Shown here: in pieces, positions 13,662 to 27,571 of the stretch
Numbering within the stretch: the first letter of the stretch is position 1
Layout: each line of letters begins with the position of its first letter
Origin: Ophelia neglecta
Taxonomy: Eukaryota
Length of the DNA stretch: 64,000 nt
Assembly: GCA_965285935.1 (NCBI GenBank)
Contig: OZ260662.1
Coordinates: 18,724,001-18,788,000 of the forward strand
Direction of reading: 5' to 3'
Position numbers and translations under genes: made by a program
Notes under the pieces: model-generated
The model's input: the letters and a program-made list of their open reading frames with translations, nothing else
The model's database searches: none
Told to the model about the DNA's origin: nothing

Positions 13662-16389
13662 CTCCATACACAATTCTCCGCCAGACGCTTTAAGTAAACT
13701 GGCATTTTGATTGCTGTAGTCTTTCTCTGATCTTGTCAGGATTTGATCCACTTCAATTAAATAAAGTTATTACTTTACATGAAGGAACACAGGCTATTAG
13801 TATTATTGACTTTGAGGAAGCTCATTATGCGATGAATGAGTTTCAAGCATGCATCCTTACGGGGTAAATCTGTGGACGCAAACTCGTTGCTTGACTAGTT
13901 TCCGGCTGCAGGCAGTGAGTTGAACGTGGACGTGATCAGTTGAGTGTATATCGGTGGTAACCCAGAGGGTTATTTTTTTTATCCCGCCTACTCTCCACAC
14001 TCTCGTAGCGCTCAATGTTCGAGCCTTGCTTGAATAAGCTGTTGCATCGACTTGTTCGAGTTGGTGCATGAACTGATTGCTATTTGTCTTCCGTAGTTTT
14101 CACTTTCCGGTGCTAAATTTTAAAACTTGGAACTTTTTTGATGTCATTTACTCTGGAAGCTACGTCGAAACATGAACATGTTGGAATGAAACCACTTTGA
14201 AAGAATGAAAACGGACGGAAAAGCAAAATATCATTAACATTGCTTTCGGACGAGAGATGAAATCAATAAAAAATGTCGTGCATTGTCTTAGTATCTAGAC
14301 TGTCAGAAATACTCGTCTCGAATCACATTTTTTTCCTATAGCTTTGCAGCTAGGGCTATTTGGCTGAAGTGATATTCCTATAGATTGGCGTCGTTATCCA
14401 ATTAGTCACATTGTCACGCATACATTCACACGTATTACAAAAGAGCACATAACGACTCCAGACGTACATTTATTGAGCTATTTTGTGTCGCTCTCCAAGA
14501 GGAGCACAAAAGCGTATGAATTTACGATCCTTTATTCTATATAGAAACACCTAAATCACCTCGCATTGTTTGTATGAATCAGTTATGCATTTGGCTGAAC
14601 TGAATGCGAGTTTAATTCAGACGAATGTCGACAGTTTCAAATATTAATAGTTTCAGACACTAGTATGTACGTCATTTAACACACGTGTCACCTGCGAGTA
14701 GGAGAACGTCTAGCTGTACATGGTAGTTACCGCGATAGGGTACTAGTAACTTAGAAAGTCCACAAAAATATATATTTTACTCGATTCCTCTAGCGACGTA
14801 CCGCAGATTATCACAAACAGCCCATTTCCTGTCTGCTCTCAACTGGTGTCCAAAATAGGCCCAGGGTTCACCTGTGGCCTATAATTCGACATTATTTTTC
14901 GGTCGATTGAAAAACTGTTAATATGTGCAGAATTAAAGTTATAAATTTATATTGACGCAAGATGGCCACCTATGGCAGATTGGGTAGCTTCGCACATCCT
15001 TATATATACACCCCCCCCCCCCCTTAAATGATGATAATGTATAACACGCACAATAAAAGCTTACTTTTTGTGTAACGAGCATGAATTACCTAGCAAATCT
15101 TATGCTATTTTGGCTACACAGGTAGAAAACTAAAGAGAGTGATATGTTAATTGCCCCATATGGTAATTAACACTACGGAAATCGTGTTAATACAATCTTG
15201 CTCCATAAAGGTTTGATTATCAATGGAATGTTAACCAGGTTTTTCATGCGCTAGTCTTGACAGCAGCCGGCTGCTAAAAATACCTGTAGCCAACCTCTAT
15301 AAATCAATACTATTCATCGTGTATAACATGAATAGCATACAACTTTAAACATTTATTTAACACCCGTATGTATCTAACTAGGCCATAGGCGTACATGTTA
15401 TCGCTGGAGGAGTATGGCCATGGTAATCTGGTATTTGTTCCACATACACATATATTAGGCTTGTTTTTGTCCCTTTCACCTTCACCAGAATTTTTAAAAG
15501 TATTTAATGTTCATCAAACGTAAGTCGTATTAAATAAGTTGAGTCGAATTAAGTCATTTTTTTATTGTCTTGGGAAACTTCAAAAATCCATCGACATGCA
15601 CGAACATGCTAAATAGAATATACATCGTACTGTTCTGATCATTTTCAAGCAAAGATTTTTTGTAAATTGGTAAGAAATATAGCTAGGGTGGGGGAGGGAG
15701 AGGGAGGGAGAGAGAGAGAGTTGTCGCAAAACGATTGTACTGCTAGGGACAGGGGGTGTTATAGATGACATCGGTAGAGGATAGAAAATAAACACTGCAG
15801 CGACTGTCCCATCTGATTCATACGTAGTTTAATAGGATATAAGGTTATACTCATGTTCAAACTGGGACCGAACAATTCCTTCCCAAACCAAATGTTGAAG
15901 CATGGCTTCCAAAAATGAGCCTTCCGCTTTGTCTGTCTAAATGTAGAGCGAGGGATTTATGTATGTGAGTCAGTAGCTGTTGCTTCCTGTTAATGTCTGG
16001 CCGATTTTCAATTAATATCTTGATGATTCATGTTTTGCTTTGTCTCCGAGGTATCCAATCTCGTATGTAATCCAAACAATGACATGCACCAACGGTCAAA
16101 CAAATGGATATGCCATGCAATGTAATATATGTTTTGGAGAGAACAAAATGAGCAATAAACATATTTTGATCCATCCTTATGTCCTTATTTAATTTACCAG
16201 CTCTTTCCTATCTAAAAACTATCTACTATATAATGTGTATTCTAATAAGTTGACGTTACTTTGGTTACTACATATAGCAAATTTTATTCAGTTAGCGGAC
16301 TTAATTCTTATACTTTACTTTACTTAATTATACTGTAAAAGTATAATTGGTATAAGAGCTTCAAATAAAATTTAAAAAGGAATAATATT

Positions 16390-16995
16390 CAGTTTGTGAC
16401 CAGGATATTGCATTTCCTTAAGCAGTTTGCAGTGCTGTCTCGGATTCACTCCCCGGGTAAATAATACGCATGACACGTCCTTGAATACCCTCCAATATAT
16501 TGCTCTGCTACTAAATTAGGCCAACGTGACCGAGCTGGCGCGCATGTTCCAAGAAGATGAGGAACCAAGCTGGTGTAGACAGATAGCGTTTGTTGTGGTT
16601 TCAAATTGCTTCTGTACAGGAGCCTCGGGAAAAAAACGTCGTGCTGCTTTCCACAGATGTCCTTGATATGGGCTGCCCAGAACAGGTTATCACTGATGGC
16701 AACTCCAAGAAGTAACGATGACAAGTTGATAATAACTTCCTTGCCTTCCTTGACATTTTATATCATGTTGTTTGTACCATGCCATGTGCCAATGTCATTG
16801 GTAGCCATCTGGAACAATCTGACGGTTGCTTTGGTTGCATATCTCATACAATGGTGTCCTATTCAAACTTGTATATGGACATTCAGATCCACGACAATGC
16901 ATTTGAAGTTGCGGGGCCTGATAGTGTGCCCTGTGGTTTACCTCCATTTGGGGAGATATACTTTCGGGATTCCCACTTTTTCGTTCTGGTTTTTA
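16390..16995 (-). mobile_element. Decayed CR1/L2-group LINE reverse transcriptase fragment
   Basis: Minus-strand GG.PQGTLSGP motif, then LLGVAISDNLFWAAHIKDICGK...RLLYRSNL..QTLSVYTSLV. Frameshifted. Confidence 0.85.
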
Positions 16996-17637
16996 TGCTT
17001 TATTTGTGCAATTTACAGTTATAGCAACTAAGTTAAGGTTGCCTTCTGTCTGGTTATGTCTTGTGTTATACGTAATTCAACACGGCAAAATGGTTCCTCG
17101 ATCAAATGTTTCAGGTTAGATATACGTTGTTTATTGGGCGAACCTTGTTTAATACTTTGGTGCACAATATTTTTCAGATAAAAGAAAAGAGTCGGTCGAT
17201 TAAATGAAAAAGAAACTGAGGGAAATGTAGGATGTGTAGTGTGTAAAGTATATACTTGCAAGCATTACAATTAACACAGTTTATTGCATTCTGTTCCCAG
17301 CATCCTTGCATAATTATAAATAGGCAATGCATATACTAGAAACAAAAAAATACAGACAGAGTCGTGAATATATAGAGAGGTGATTTCATTAAGGTATTGG
17401 ACAAACCGTACATAAGGGCAACAGCAAGTCAGGATAAGGCCAACGGAAAAGAAATCATGTACTTAGGACAGAATAAAATCGAATATTCTACCGCACATTG
17501 GCGCAAATGCTTCAAGAAATGGATGCCTAAGTATTCAATATTGGTTATGGTACATGAACACCTTTCTCTGGTACAGTTAAGACTGTGACGTGTAAGCCAA
17601 TATGGAATTTGTAAAAAAAAAACACTTTTATTTTTCA

Positions 17638-17859
17638 GGGCCCGATTCCGGGAAACGGTCCTAAGTTTTTGATCAGATTACCCTATTACCGATTAGCCGA
17701 GATCGCATTTATATGTGTGTCTATTGATCTGGAAATGGTATCAGACCAAAATGTATTTTCTTAAGATCAAACTCAGCTTGCCAAAACCCGGATTAGCTAG
17801 ATAAGACCGATTGCGTACTTTGAACCTGATTTAGATATGAGTTTCTAGAAACCGGGCCC
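17638..17859. mobile_element. MITE, PIF/Harbinger-like, ~220 bp
   Basis: Imperfect TIRs GGGCCCGATTCCGGGAAAC / GTTTCTAGAAACCGGGCCC. Internal sequence is homologous to the reverse complement of 27207-27446. Confidence 0.7.
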
Positions 17860-20253
17860 AACACAGTTCGCCTATTGCGCTAGAAGCAGACATAACCACT
17901 CTTAATTTACGTCTTACTTGTCCAATCAGCCGCAGATAAATATAAAGAGTTGTATGCTTTCTCTGACATTAAAATTCAGACTTGGGCATCACGTCAATTG
18001 AAGTCAAGATCAACACGTTTTTGAAAATGTCCTGGATATATCTTAATGACTTAATAACTGCTGAGTTGATGCACATTTCACTTGTATTTAATTGATGGGC
18101 AGTCTTACGAATGTGCAGCTTTTACTATCCAGACATAATGTTTAATATGACAAGTTCTGAGCAACAAGCATGACTCAAATGGTTTATCCATAAACTATTT
18201 TGGCTTGAAGTTGTACCAGGTTAAGCAATTTTATTTCTTAAAAAAGAATGATGAATAAAGTGCTAACGTTTAATAATAGATTGAACATAACGTATAGGGG
18301 GCAGCAAACAAAACCTTGAGAACCCCCAAACTACGCACTTCCTCAAATTTAAGTTACTTTTATGTCATTGCCAAGATGAATGTTATTCCCGTTAGCCAGT
18401 AGCTGTTGTTTCACTACAGTTTCCTTGTAAGGCCATCCGTTAACATCGTGGCCTTTAAGTAAATTACATGACAATAACTTTAGGGCTCCAGGCTAATTAC
18501 CTTGCACCCCATTATTAGCAGCGACCTTAGCTGACATTTTGCTTTGATTTGGCAAACCTCTTTTTCATGTGTTTACTAACGTGCTCCAGTCGCCGCGAAC
18601 TGATGGTCGGTTAACATGTGGGTCAATCGAAGGAGCTCGGAAATCTATACCGGTACAGGCGAGCCCTGTAGAATCTAACCGCCGGGAACAACATATTGTT
18701 TTACCATCAGGAATACCAATTGTTGGTCGTTTTATTCGAATGCATAGTCACGGATGTAGGGGTCACAATATATATAGACAACAGTGATCATTAATAAATT
18801 GGTCCATGTGCGTGTTTTTGTTAAGAGACACTAATCGAATTCGAATTAGTTTCTGTGCATTTACTTTCAGATGATTATTTTAAGCTTAGATATGCTACTT
18901 CATAGCTCTAAGAACAAAACATACAATTTATCGGATTTTACAGGATATTTCTATGCAGGCGTGGTTCTCAAACAAGATAAATAGTTGGTGACCGAAGATT
19001 TGTTAAATTGCTTAGATTTTAGTTTATTTTTTTGCCTTTTATTAAATCATACTATTCAATTTCCTAGAAAGGTCATGTGAATTGGTTGAATGTCTGGTTT
19101 TGGGTGAAAATAAGAGTTATGGAGTCCTATGGTACCAGTTTCTCTCTGCATTACACATGCGCGATACCGTACTTATTCTTTCCCGACATTGTTTACCAAG
19201 GGTTTTCCTGATGAAAAGTGCCACTCTGACAGGGAATAGTATCACTTAATTCATTAGCACTGAGGCGTAATACGCTGTCGTTCAGAAGTAATCTTCATGG
19301 CCTTTGTGAAGCCACTTGGCGACGGTATAATACAAGAACACGTCCTAAATTGCAATATATGATTGAATCCCATATGACTTTTTTGCTAGCAAATATGTTG
19401 ATAGCCATTGTCAGCAAAATCGACAATAAAGAGGAACCTGTCAAACCATCGGGCAATGTTTAGTTTGAAATAACAGCAAAACTTACCCTAAACTATACCC
19501 TTCTATCAGTCATGTGCTGCCCTAAACTGTGGGTGAGGCATTGTCTTCAGGTTGGAATAAAAACACTGATGTTTCGAGCACAATGCTTTTTTTAGTAATC
19601 ACGTCTGCTTGGTCCTATACTAGTGATCATGTTTTGTCAGGCCTATGTGTTATTTAGCTCACGTCTTCTTCTTTACTCGGCAGGAAAAGTACTTGCAGCG
19701 GGTTCTTATAAATAATGGAATAATAAGATGAATTTAAATTATTCCTTATCTCGTCTGCGTTCACTAACTCACCGTATACTATCTTACCCAAAAGGACGAA
19801 CAATTTATAGAATATCTTAGATATTTCGTCCCAAATTATGAAATATCCACTTAAAAGGGGCCCTGTTATTTAAGGCCAAACTAAAAACGATAAACTGTGC
19901 ATCACGTGTATCGCAAATGAATGTCTTAAAATCAACATAGAAAATAGTACGAAACTTTTCCCGGACTCTGAACCTATATCTCTCATAGGATATTATACCT
20001 ATGCCCAGTACAATGCCATCCTGGTAACAGCTTACTCATGTGTGACCTGGTTATAGGTCATACGGTATATGACCGACGAGAGAATCATACGGGGGATAAC
20101 TTGCGGGGCATGGTTCATCACGTCTCCAGTCTGCAGAGAATACCGATAATGATATACTCGTTGGCCAGAGATAGTGACACGTGATGTTACATGAGTTTGC
20201 GCTGTTAACAGAAACAGTCTATAGCACACAGCACAGCGGAAAGACCAGGATCA

Positions 20254-20291
20254 ATGATAATGTGCTCAATATATCATCGTTCCATATTTCG
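20254..20291 (+). CDS. Candidate short alternative first exon coding part, MIMCSIYHRSIF(R), phase-2 donor
   Basis: ATG open to TCG|GTAAGT, same phase as the 13404 exon. CACGTG E-boxes upstream at ~19904 and ~20177. Confidence 0.35.
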
Positions 20292-22504
20292 GTAAGTGGA
20301 GGGAACTAAATTAAAAATGAACGCGTGGTCAGTTTATTTGGATAAGAAAATATCGGAATATTGGCACAATCTTCTCTTCAATCTATTTCAAACGATCTTT
20401 ATTTTAGGTATACAGCCTAAAAAGGGCCAATCGAATGGCATAACACACCATGGTTAAGAGCCACACTTGAATGCTAAAAAGTATATCTCCTGTTTGTTCA
20501 AAGAAACAAATTAAACCCAATAGGACTATTAACGAAATTTAATCAGTCACGTTTGAACTGACAAACATCCATTTATGTTCTAAGCCCTTCTTCACAACAG
20601 TGGGTATTTCGGTTGACCTGGTCTGAAATTAGTGGAGTTAAAGGGAGAACTACATGTTTTACAATTGAAGCCTTTTATCTTCCTGGAAAAATTCTACCAA
20701 TGATTTGTTTGGTGACCTTGTACAATCGTTAGACAACACCCGCCTTCCGCCTACATGTCGAGGTCTGTGTAGTTCACCTCACTGCGAGCACAAACTCCAA
20801 TCAACTAGGCAGTTTCCTGCGAATTTTGTAATTAACTGGATTGTTTCTTGAGTGGCTGAGCTAGAGTGCTTGCTTTCGGTTGAGTGTACAGCAACAACCG
20901 CTTCTTTACCATTCAGTAGTTTTCAATGAAGTCTTTTTCGCATTCTCTTCTAGTTCTAAAACCACTCTTGTAGTTCTAAAACTAAACAAATTACATATCG
21001 TATTTAGTATTACCTGAAAATATCGTGATCAAAAAACCAAAAGCAGTAATATTGTCATGAGCATAATGCCCTGCAAAAGGACGTGAATTCTTTACAGATG
21101 TAGTGCTCAAAATTTTAAGTAAGTTAAATAATATAACTGAAGTCCAAACATGTCACTGAAGGTCGTGTTGTTTTATTATTGATGCTGCCAATTCAAATAC
21201 TCAGTTATTACGCGATGAACTGGCCGATTCATGACAAAAATCTCCGAAGATTCTGCATTTTCTGATTCAGGAGCGGTTAAAGAATGAGCAAATCAGTGGC
21301 AATCCATTAGAGTAGGTTTAGCGTATGCACTTCCTGCCTTTACTTTTTTGCGATGTATTATATCTGTTTTTAAGCTATTGTGATGAATCCTTGGGTGAAA
21401 GTTTAAACTGTTGCTTTGACCAGTCATTTACTCAATCTAATGGGTTCAGCTCTTCATGGTATGAAGTAAGTGAGTAAGGGCGATGATTAATAATCTGTGT
21501 GAGCAGGACACTGGTCATTTCAGTGGTCACTCAGTCTTGTGGGTGTTAGATATATGCCTGGAGAAAATAACATAAACTTCAGTCTTTAGTCTTGCAAACT
21601 AGTGTTCGGTGGCACAACTACACTGATTCTACAGATAGCTGATTAAAAGTGACTGTATAAATCCAGATGGGGTCCTGTCATACTACCTTTTTACGTTGGT
21701 ATAATTTCCACACTTGTCTTCTTCAATTTGCATTTTGTGTCCATATATTACATTCACATATTTAGACAGTTACCTAATTATATTAGATCTTGCACATGCA
21801 CTTGTAAAAAAGGACTCTTAACATGCTTATTCCCTTTCAGTTGTATAAATGGTCTTTAATGGTGCATCAATACTCTGACATGTGACAGCATTTTCATATT
21901 TAATGCTGGTCGTTTCCCCCCAATTATCTCAATTACAATTACACCGGCTGTCAAAGATAGGCGAGCAGTTGAGCAGTTGTTGATATGTGTGGTTATAGAT
22001 TTTGTATAATAAATCTGTATTCCAAACTTTTATTTATGTATTTGTTATATTCTATGTATATGAATATTGAACAATATATATAAATCGTAGTTTACGACAA
22101 ATAATGTGTGAACACAACCTTCATTCAATCACCAGTAATTGTTCAGTGATTGGTTAACCCGACCTGATAAACTGTGGCTGTAAGAAAAGACCTGTATTGA
22201 TTCGTCCTTGCCTCTCCTAAAAAAAATGATTATATTTAGGTAATTAGCTTATATAGAAACGCAGCAAGTATCAAAATCATTAAGAACACTACTTTTTACA
22301 TCGAGCAAATTTGCTCAGTGGGAATATTAAACCACTGTATATCTGTGTGAATCATTTTAGATACGATAAGTCATATGGCAAAGTTCATAAACTAAAACCG
22401 TCTACTCGAGAAGGGGTTTGATTTGAGTGGACCTGTGGGTGGTGGTTCCAGATGGTTTGGGACCGAGGTAATGGGCTATTGGCTCTCGAGGATCTATTCT
22501 CTAG

Positions 22505-23047
22505 TATACAATGTTACTGAGAAAATTACAGATATGTAGCAATATATGTAGCAATTATTCTGTGATATTTCCATATACACTAAGATAAATGGATCTCTTT
22601 CAATTTAAACATGGCAAATTGCTTCCCATGTGATGGATTGGCAGCGGTTATCATAAACGATACGCAACCAAAATGTAATTGGATTCAACCTTGAAATAGC
22701 AAGTGTCGAATAAAGTCTATACCTTTAAGAGTCACCAAGGAAAATAGTGAAGTTGGATCATGACAACAGCTTTCCTTTTGAATAATTATACAATGTTACT
22801 GAGAAAATTACAGATACGTAGTAATATTAATAGCAATTATTCTGTGATAATTCCATATACACTAAGATAAATGGATCTCTTTCAATTTAAACATGGCAAA
22901 TTGCTTCCCATGTGATGGATTGGCAGCGGTTATCATAAACGATACCCAGCCAAACGTAATTGGATTCAACCTTGAAATAGCAAGTGTCGAATAAAGTCAA
23001 TACCTTCACGCGTCACAAAGGAAAATAAACAAGTCGGATCATGATAA
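22505..23047. repeat. Recent tandem duplication, 2 x ~282 bp
   Basis: Units start tatacaatgttactgagaaaattacagat at 22505 and 22787, with long identical internal runs. Confidence 0.95.
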
Positions 23048-26000
23048 ATAAAACATTTATCTGACACAGGAAAAACACACTGCATATTCCTGCAGTGGAT
23101 ACCTGTTAGCTGTTCTCAGTCAAATGCCATCAGGCCGGATGTGAAATTGTCAGTTTTTATCAGCAACAGCTTATGTGGCCTGGTAATATAATTATACTCA
23201 ATGGCTTCCCAAAGAGGTAACAATTTATGGTTCATCTCGGCTACAAAATGTCTGCGTAGAATATCGTTAATTAAATACTAGTCAAGTACAGTGACACCTG
23301 ATGGGATATGAAGTTCTGTAGTGACCAAAACTAGATTAAACCTTGGCCCACAACAGAAAGGGCAAGAACAATGACAATTTCCCCAATACATCGCCGGTCT
23401 CTATTTCGATAAGTTGAAGACACTCAATTAACCATGGGGGGGGGGGGAGTATTTTATTTTATCGGATTAATAATCCAGAAACAATGCTAACTATTCTTTT
23501 TTAATTGTTCTGTTATAGATAATAATACGGGTGGCGCTTTATTTTTAATATACTCATTTGTATGCAGGCCCATTTTTTTGCCATTGGTAAAACTATCCAA
23601 ATCATCTCACCCACAAGTATGGCCATGATATTCTTTATTGTAAATAACCAATCCCTTTCCCTGGCGCGGTAGTATGTGTATACAAACGCTCACTGTTCGC
23701 TTTAATGGTGAACGTGTACGCGGGACTTTATGAACTTTATGTAAGTAACAAAATGAAGTATAAATATAAGAACATAAATATACGCGGAACCTGAATGAAT
23801 AATTGGGAAAAATCTCTACGGTTTCCATATTATCCCAGGCTGCTGTTAAAAAAGATGCTAGCGTGTGACGCATATTCAATAATTTGCCACACTTATTATT
23901 AATTCCTTTCAGCTGTCAGCCTTGGGGATAATTCACATGACCGCAGGTCAAGGATTAAACTCGTTGTCAAGATGACATGTTTGCTTATATAAATATTGGG
24001 AATGTTGGCAAACCTAGCAAAGTTTAAACGCGTGATGTTATTCAACCGACATTAGCATTTTACCGAGATATTTTACTTCATGTATCACACTTTGAAATGC
24101 GTGCTTGGATGTAATAAAGATGTATGCAACAGATTTAACTCCCTGAAAAGAACTAATGGACAAACTCGGCTTAATGTAATCAGTAGTTAAGCAAAATGAC
24201 GCTCGACCTGCGTTGGTTGTGACGGGAGTAATATAGTGAGAAAATTATTTCCTTTACAAATGTAAGTGTTTGCTAGCGGCGGTGATTGCGGCCTACGCCG
24301 CTTGTCAGTCCAGGCACATTAAACATAGCAAAGTTGTTAGTCAGGTGCTTTTTTCTCTTTTTTAGTGATTCACCTGTGTGATGAAATCCAATATTCTACG
24401 TCGCCTACTGCAAACTTCGAAATTCAAGTGATGTCTGTCTTCTCAGTCGGTGGGAGTAATAAATGCCGGTGTTACAATGGTGGCATATTATTTTCTAAAA
24501 CTTTTTGCTATGTACAAAGTCTGCTCTTTGGATAATGATATACTCAGCTTGTCCAAACACAAGAGAGACTGCTGCGCCGAACTGTCACACAAATGTTATG
24601 CTTGGTTAATATTTATATGTACTTGCCACTCAATTGGTATATAGGTATTTAACTTAATTTTAAAATACTTAAACTTGACTTTGATATACCATAGTGTGCT
24701 ATCGTGTGTTATTTACGCAATGACGGCGGTGTTCGATTGCAAGAACCAGGTGCGTTGGGGTCTTTTACATTCCTTTTTATTCACCAAAGTATTTCATGGC
24801 CTATGGTAAAAAAGAGTTGCTATATTTATAATTCATCTTTGGTTGCTTTCTTAATATATTTTTTAGTACATCGATTATAAAACGAAGAGAAAAATTACAT
24901 TAGCGAAACTAATATACATATTTCAGTTTATCCCATTACAATAACACTTAATAAAAGATAGAAACAATTAATTAATTTTCATAAAATAAAATTGAAATGA
25001 TTCATAAAGAGCTTAATTTGTACGAAGTTGCTTTGGGACCCCACCAACGCATTGACTTGACAAGTATCTGGATGCTCAATGTATCCATTTTTTGAAAGTT
25101 TTAGTAAAAAGAATTTTTTTTTCACATATAGACATTTTTTAGAACTGAAGACACTGACAAGAAACTTGTAGACATAAAACAGTTTGTCCCCAGTTTAACG
25201 CGTTGGAATATTGCGTCACGTGTATTTGTAGAATTAGAATGATAACCACAGACGTAAGTACCCTGTGTTGCTGAATACACAGCTACGCAGTCTCCGCTTG
25301 AACACTCTGACGATAACCGTTTAGAGGGCTTTCGGTATCAAGATCAAAACAGATCTCATCAGATCGGAAATGTCCGGGAGAAAATAACTCTGAAAACATA
25401 GGGGCTTGTGTAAAGATATACCCGGCAATGTACACATAACATATGGTGAATATACGGACACTTAGTTAATGGTTGCCTCACTTTTAGTTGTATTGTACAC
25501 AGCAGATGAAGACTACCATTCGCTTCTAAGATGTTTAGCTCTTAATGTAATTGATCACAGCCAGACATTGCTTACAATAAGGATATTGATCAGTTCAGAC
25601 CATACCAACATATGGGAACCATGTGGTTGAAAAGATACCATGCATATTTTGCACATCATACATCATACGGTCATTTTAGCTATCCCTGACCGAGGAATTT
25701 AAGGCTTAATTGTTCGTGACTGATTTGGTATTGGTCAATGGTGGTTATACATTTTAGCCCTAATTAACTGCGTTCTTGAAAATTACAATTACATATTTTG
25801 ACACAATGTTCCTAATGGATGGATTAATTATGCCTGGGAAATTGGAAAGGGGACCCCCATAAACCTACCCTCGTGTGAGTGTACAAACCAACTAAAAATG
25901 AAATAATCGGCAATCTTGGCCACAGCAATAGACATTTTAATGAAAGTGTGATGTTAATTTCTAGCTTGCGAAGAAATATGTTGATTGAAAAATCGACTAA

Positions 26001-26404
26001 CTATGGAGCAAATGGCACCAATGATCGAAAAATGATAACGAAAGGGTATTCTCAATCGTGATAATAAGAAAAAATAGAACATTCATAAAACATGTGTGGT
26101 TATACTGTCTATATAATGGTTCATTGAAACATAATCTACCATTATTAGTGTTACTTATATGTATTACATATACTTTTATTTTAAAAGTCGATAGCTTCTT
26201 GCCTAGGAAAATAATCCCTTATATAATGTCATTCGACAAGGTAATTCCAAAGCAAGTGATTTGTGCCGATTGTACATGCGTAACTATTAAAATGAAAAAT
26301 CCGTTTAAAATGAAACTCCTTAGATACGGCGATAAGGCTACTCTTACTTGTATTTATACGCTAGTGTGCTTATTAAAAAAATTTAATCACTTCCTAAATC
26401 ACAT

Positions 26405-26491
26405 GTATTATTCTTTTCAGGTAAGTGTCAAGATGTCTGTTAGGTCTAAGGGCATATACTCATTTGGTCTGTCTCCTGAAGGGAGGTGAGT
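26405..26491 (+). other. Recursive splice site (AG at 26419-26420) with 65-nt RS-exon 26421-26485; contains ATG 26433 reading MSVRSKGIYSFGLSPEG(R/S), phase 2
   Basis: ttattcttttCAG|GTAAGT is a strong acceptor directly abutting a perfect donor. A second donor, AG|GTGAGTAG, begins at 26486. Confidence 0.7.
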
Positions 26492-27206
26492 AGTTAACAA
26501 TTCAAATATCAAAATATATTAGCTCACAATCATATGGAAACTACGAGCGGTTCTGCCATTTTCTCAGAATATGGCTGAATCCGGTCTGCTTTCAATTTTC
26601 AGCAGCATTTATGTGTAACTGGCCAGCAATGGTGTTTCTCTCATTTTTACAGCTTAGGTTTTTCCCACAAGTGGAAATTAACACTGTTGTATACTTGTGC
26701 TCCGAAGCAATATGTATTCCACATGTATATATGATAGGATGTTTCTATTCGTCACACAATGGAATTGCGTTTTAACTAACGAGCGTTCTAATTAAGAACT
26801 ATATATGAACACTGCCCTGCCTTTTTCTTTAACAAAAATGGTAATTACATTCATCAATATGTCGCCAAGGGCATTGAACCTTATTTAAGCACGGTTTGCG
26901 TATTTGTTTATTGCAACACGTCTGCTTAAATAATTAGCTACCTCTAGTCCGAATTTTCCATGTTCCATACTTGTTAATAGCATTAATCCGGGCAATGGTA
27001 TTGTCCGAGCGGAATTTATATCACCTTAACGCTATTGATATACTTTTTTCTGTCAGTGGGAGCAGGTTATGTTTTCTGTTGTATTGGCAACTCAAAAACT
27101 GGAAAATATCGACACTTTTTTTAAACAGCCATGCTACACAGGTCAGTCGCTTGATGCATTATCTATATGATCAAGACATTGTTGCAGGGTAGCCTTTACC
27201 AATTTA

Positions 27207-27446
27207 CTGGGCCCAGTTTCTGGAAGGCATTTTAACTTGTAATCCGATTTAATCAGGATTAAAGGGCTTAATCGATGCAATCTTTCTAATATGTGTTGTT
27301 CTGGAAGCTGGATTTGGAATTAAACCTAGAAATTTTGGTGATCTTACTCCTGGTGAATAAAAAAACAGATTAACGTGGTCCCAGCTTATCGGTGATAGGC
27401 TAATCTAATTCCGAAACTTAAGACGGGTTCAAGAAACTGGGTCTAG
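27207..27446. mobile_element. MITE of the same family, opposite orientation, ~240 bp
   Basis: TIRs CTGGGCCCAGTTTCTGGAA / TTCAAGAAACTGGGTCTAG (16/19). Subterminal sequence matches the 17638 copy. Confidence 0.7.
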
Positions 27447-27520
27447 AATAGGTCAGTGCCACATGCTCATACAGTAAATATAGGTTCATAAATACGGTCA
27501 AAAGTGCTTTTACTCTGATA

Positions 27521-27571
27521 CTAAAGCGTTCATTAGTTGTCTCTAAAAGAGACAACTAATAAACGCTTTAG
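27521..27571. repeat. Near-perfect palindrome (24-bp arms, 3-nt loop, 1 mismatch)
   Basis: ctaaagcgttcattagttgtctct-aaa-agagacaactaataaacgctttag, flanked by ata on both sides. Confidence 0.9.
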
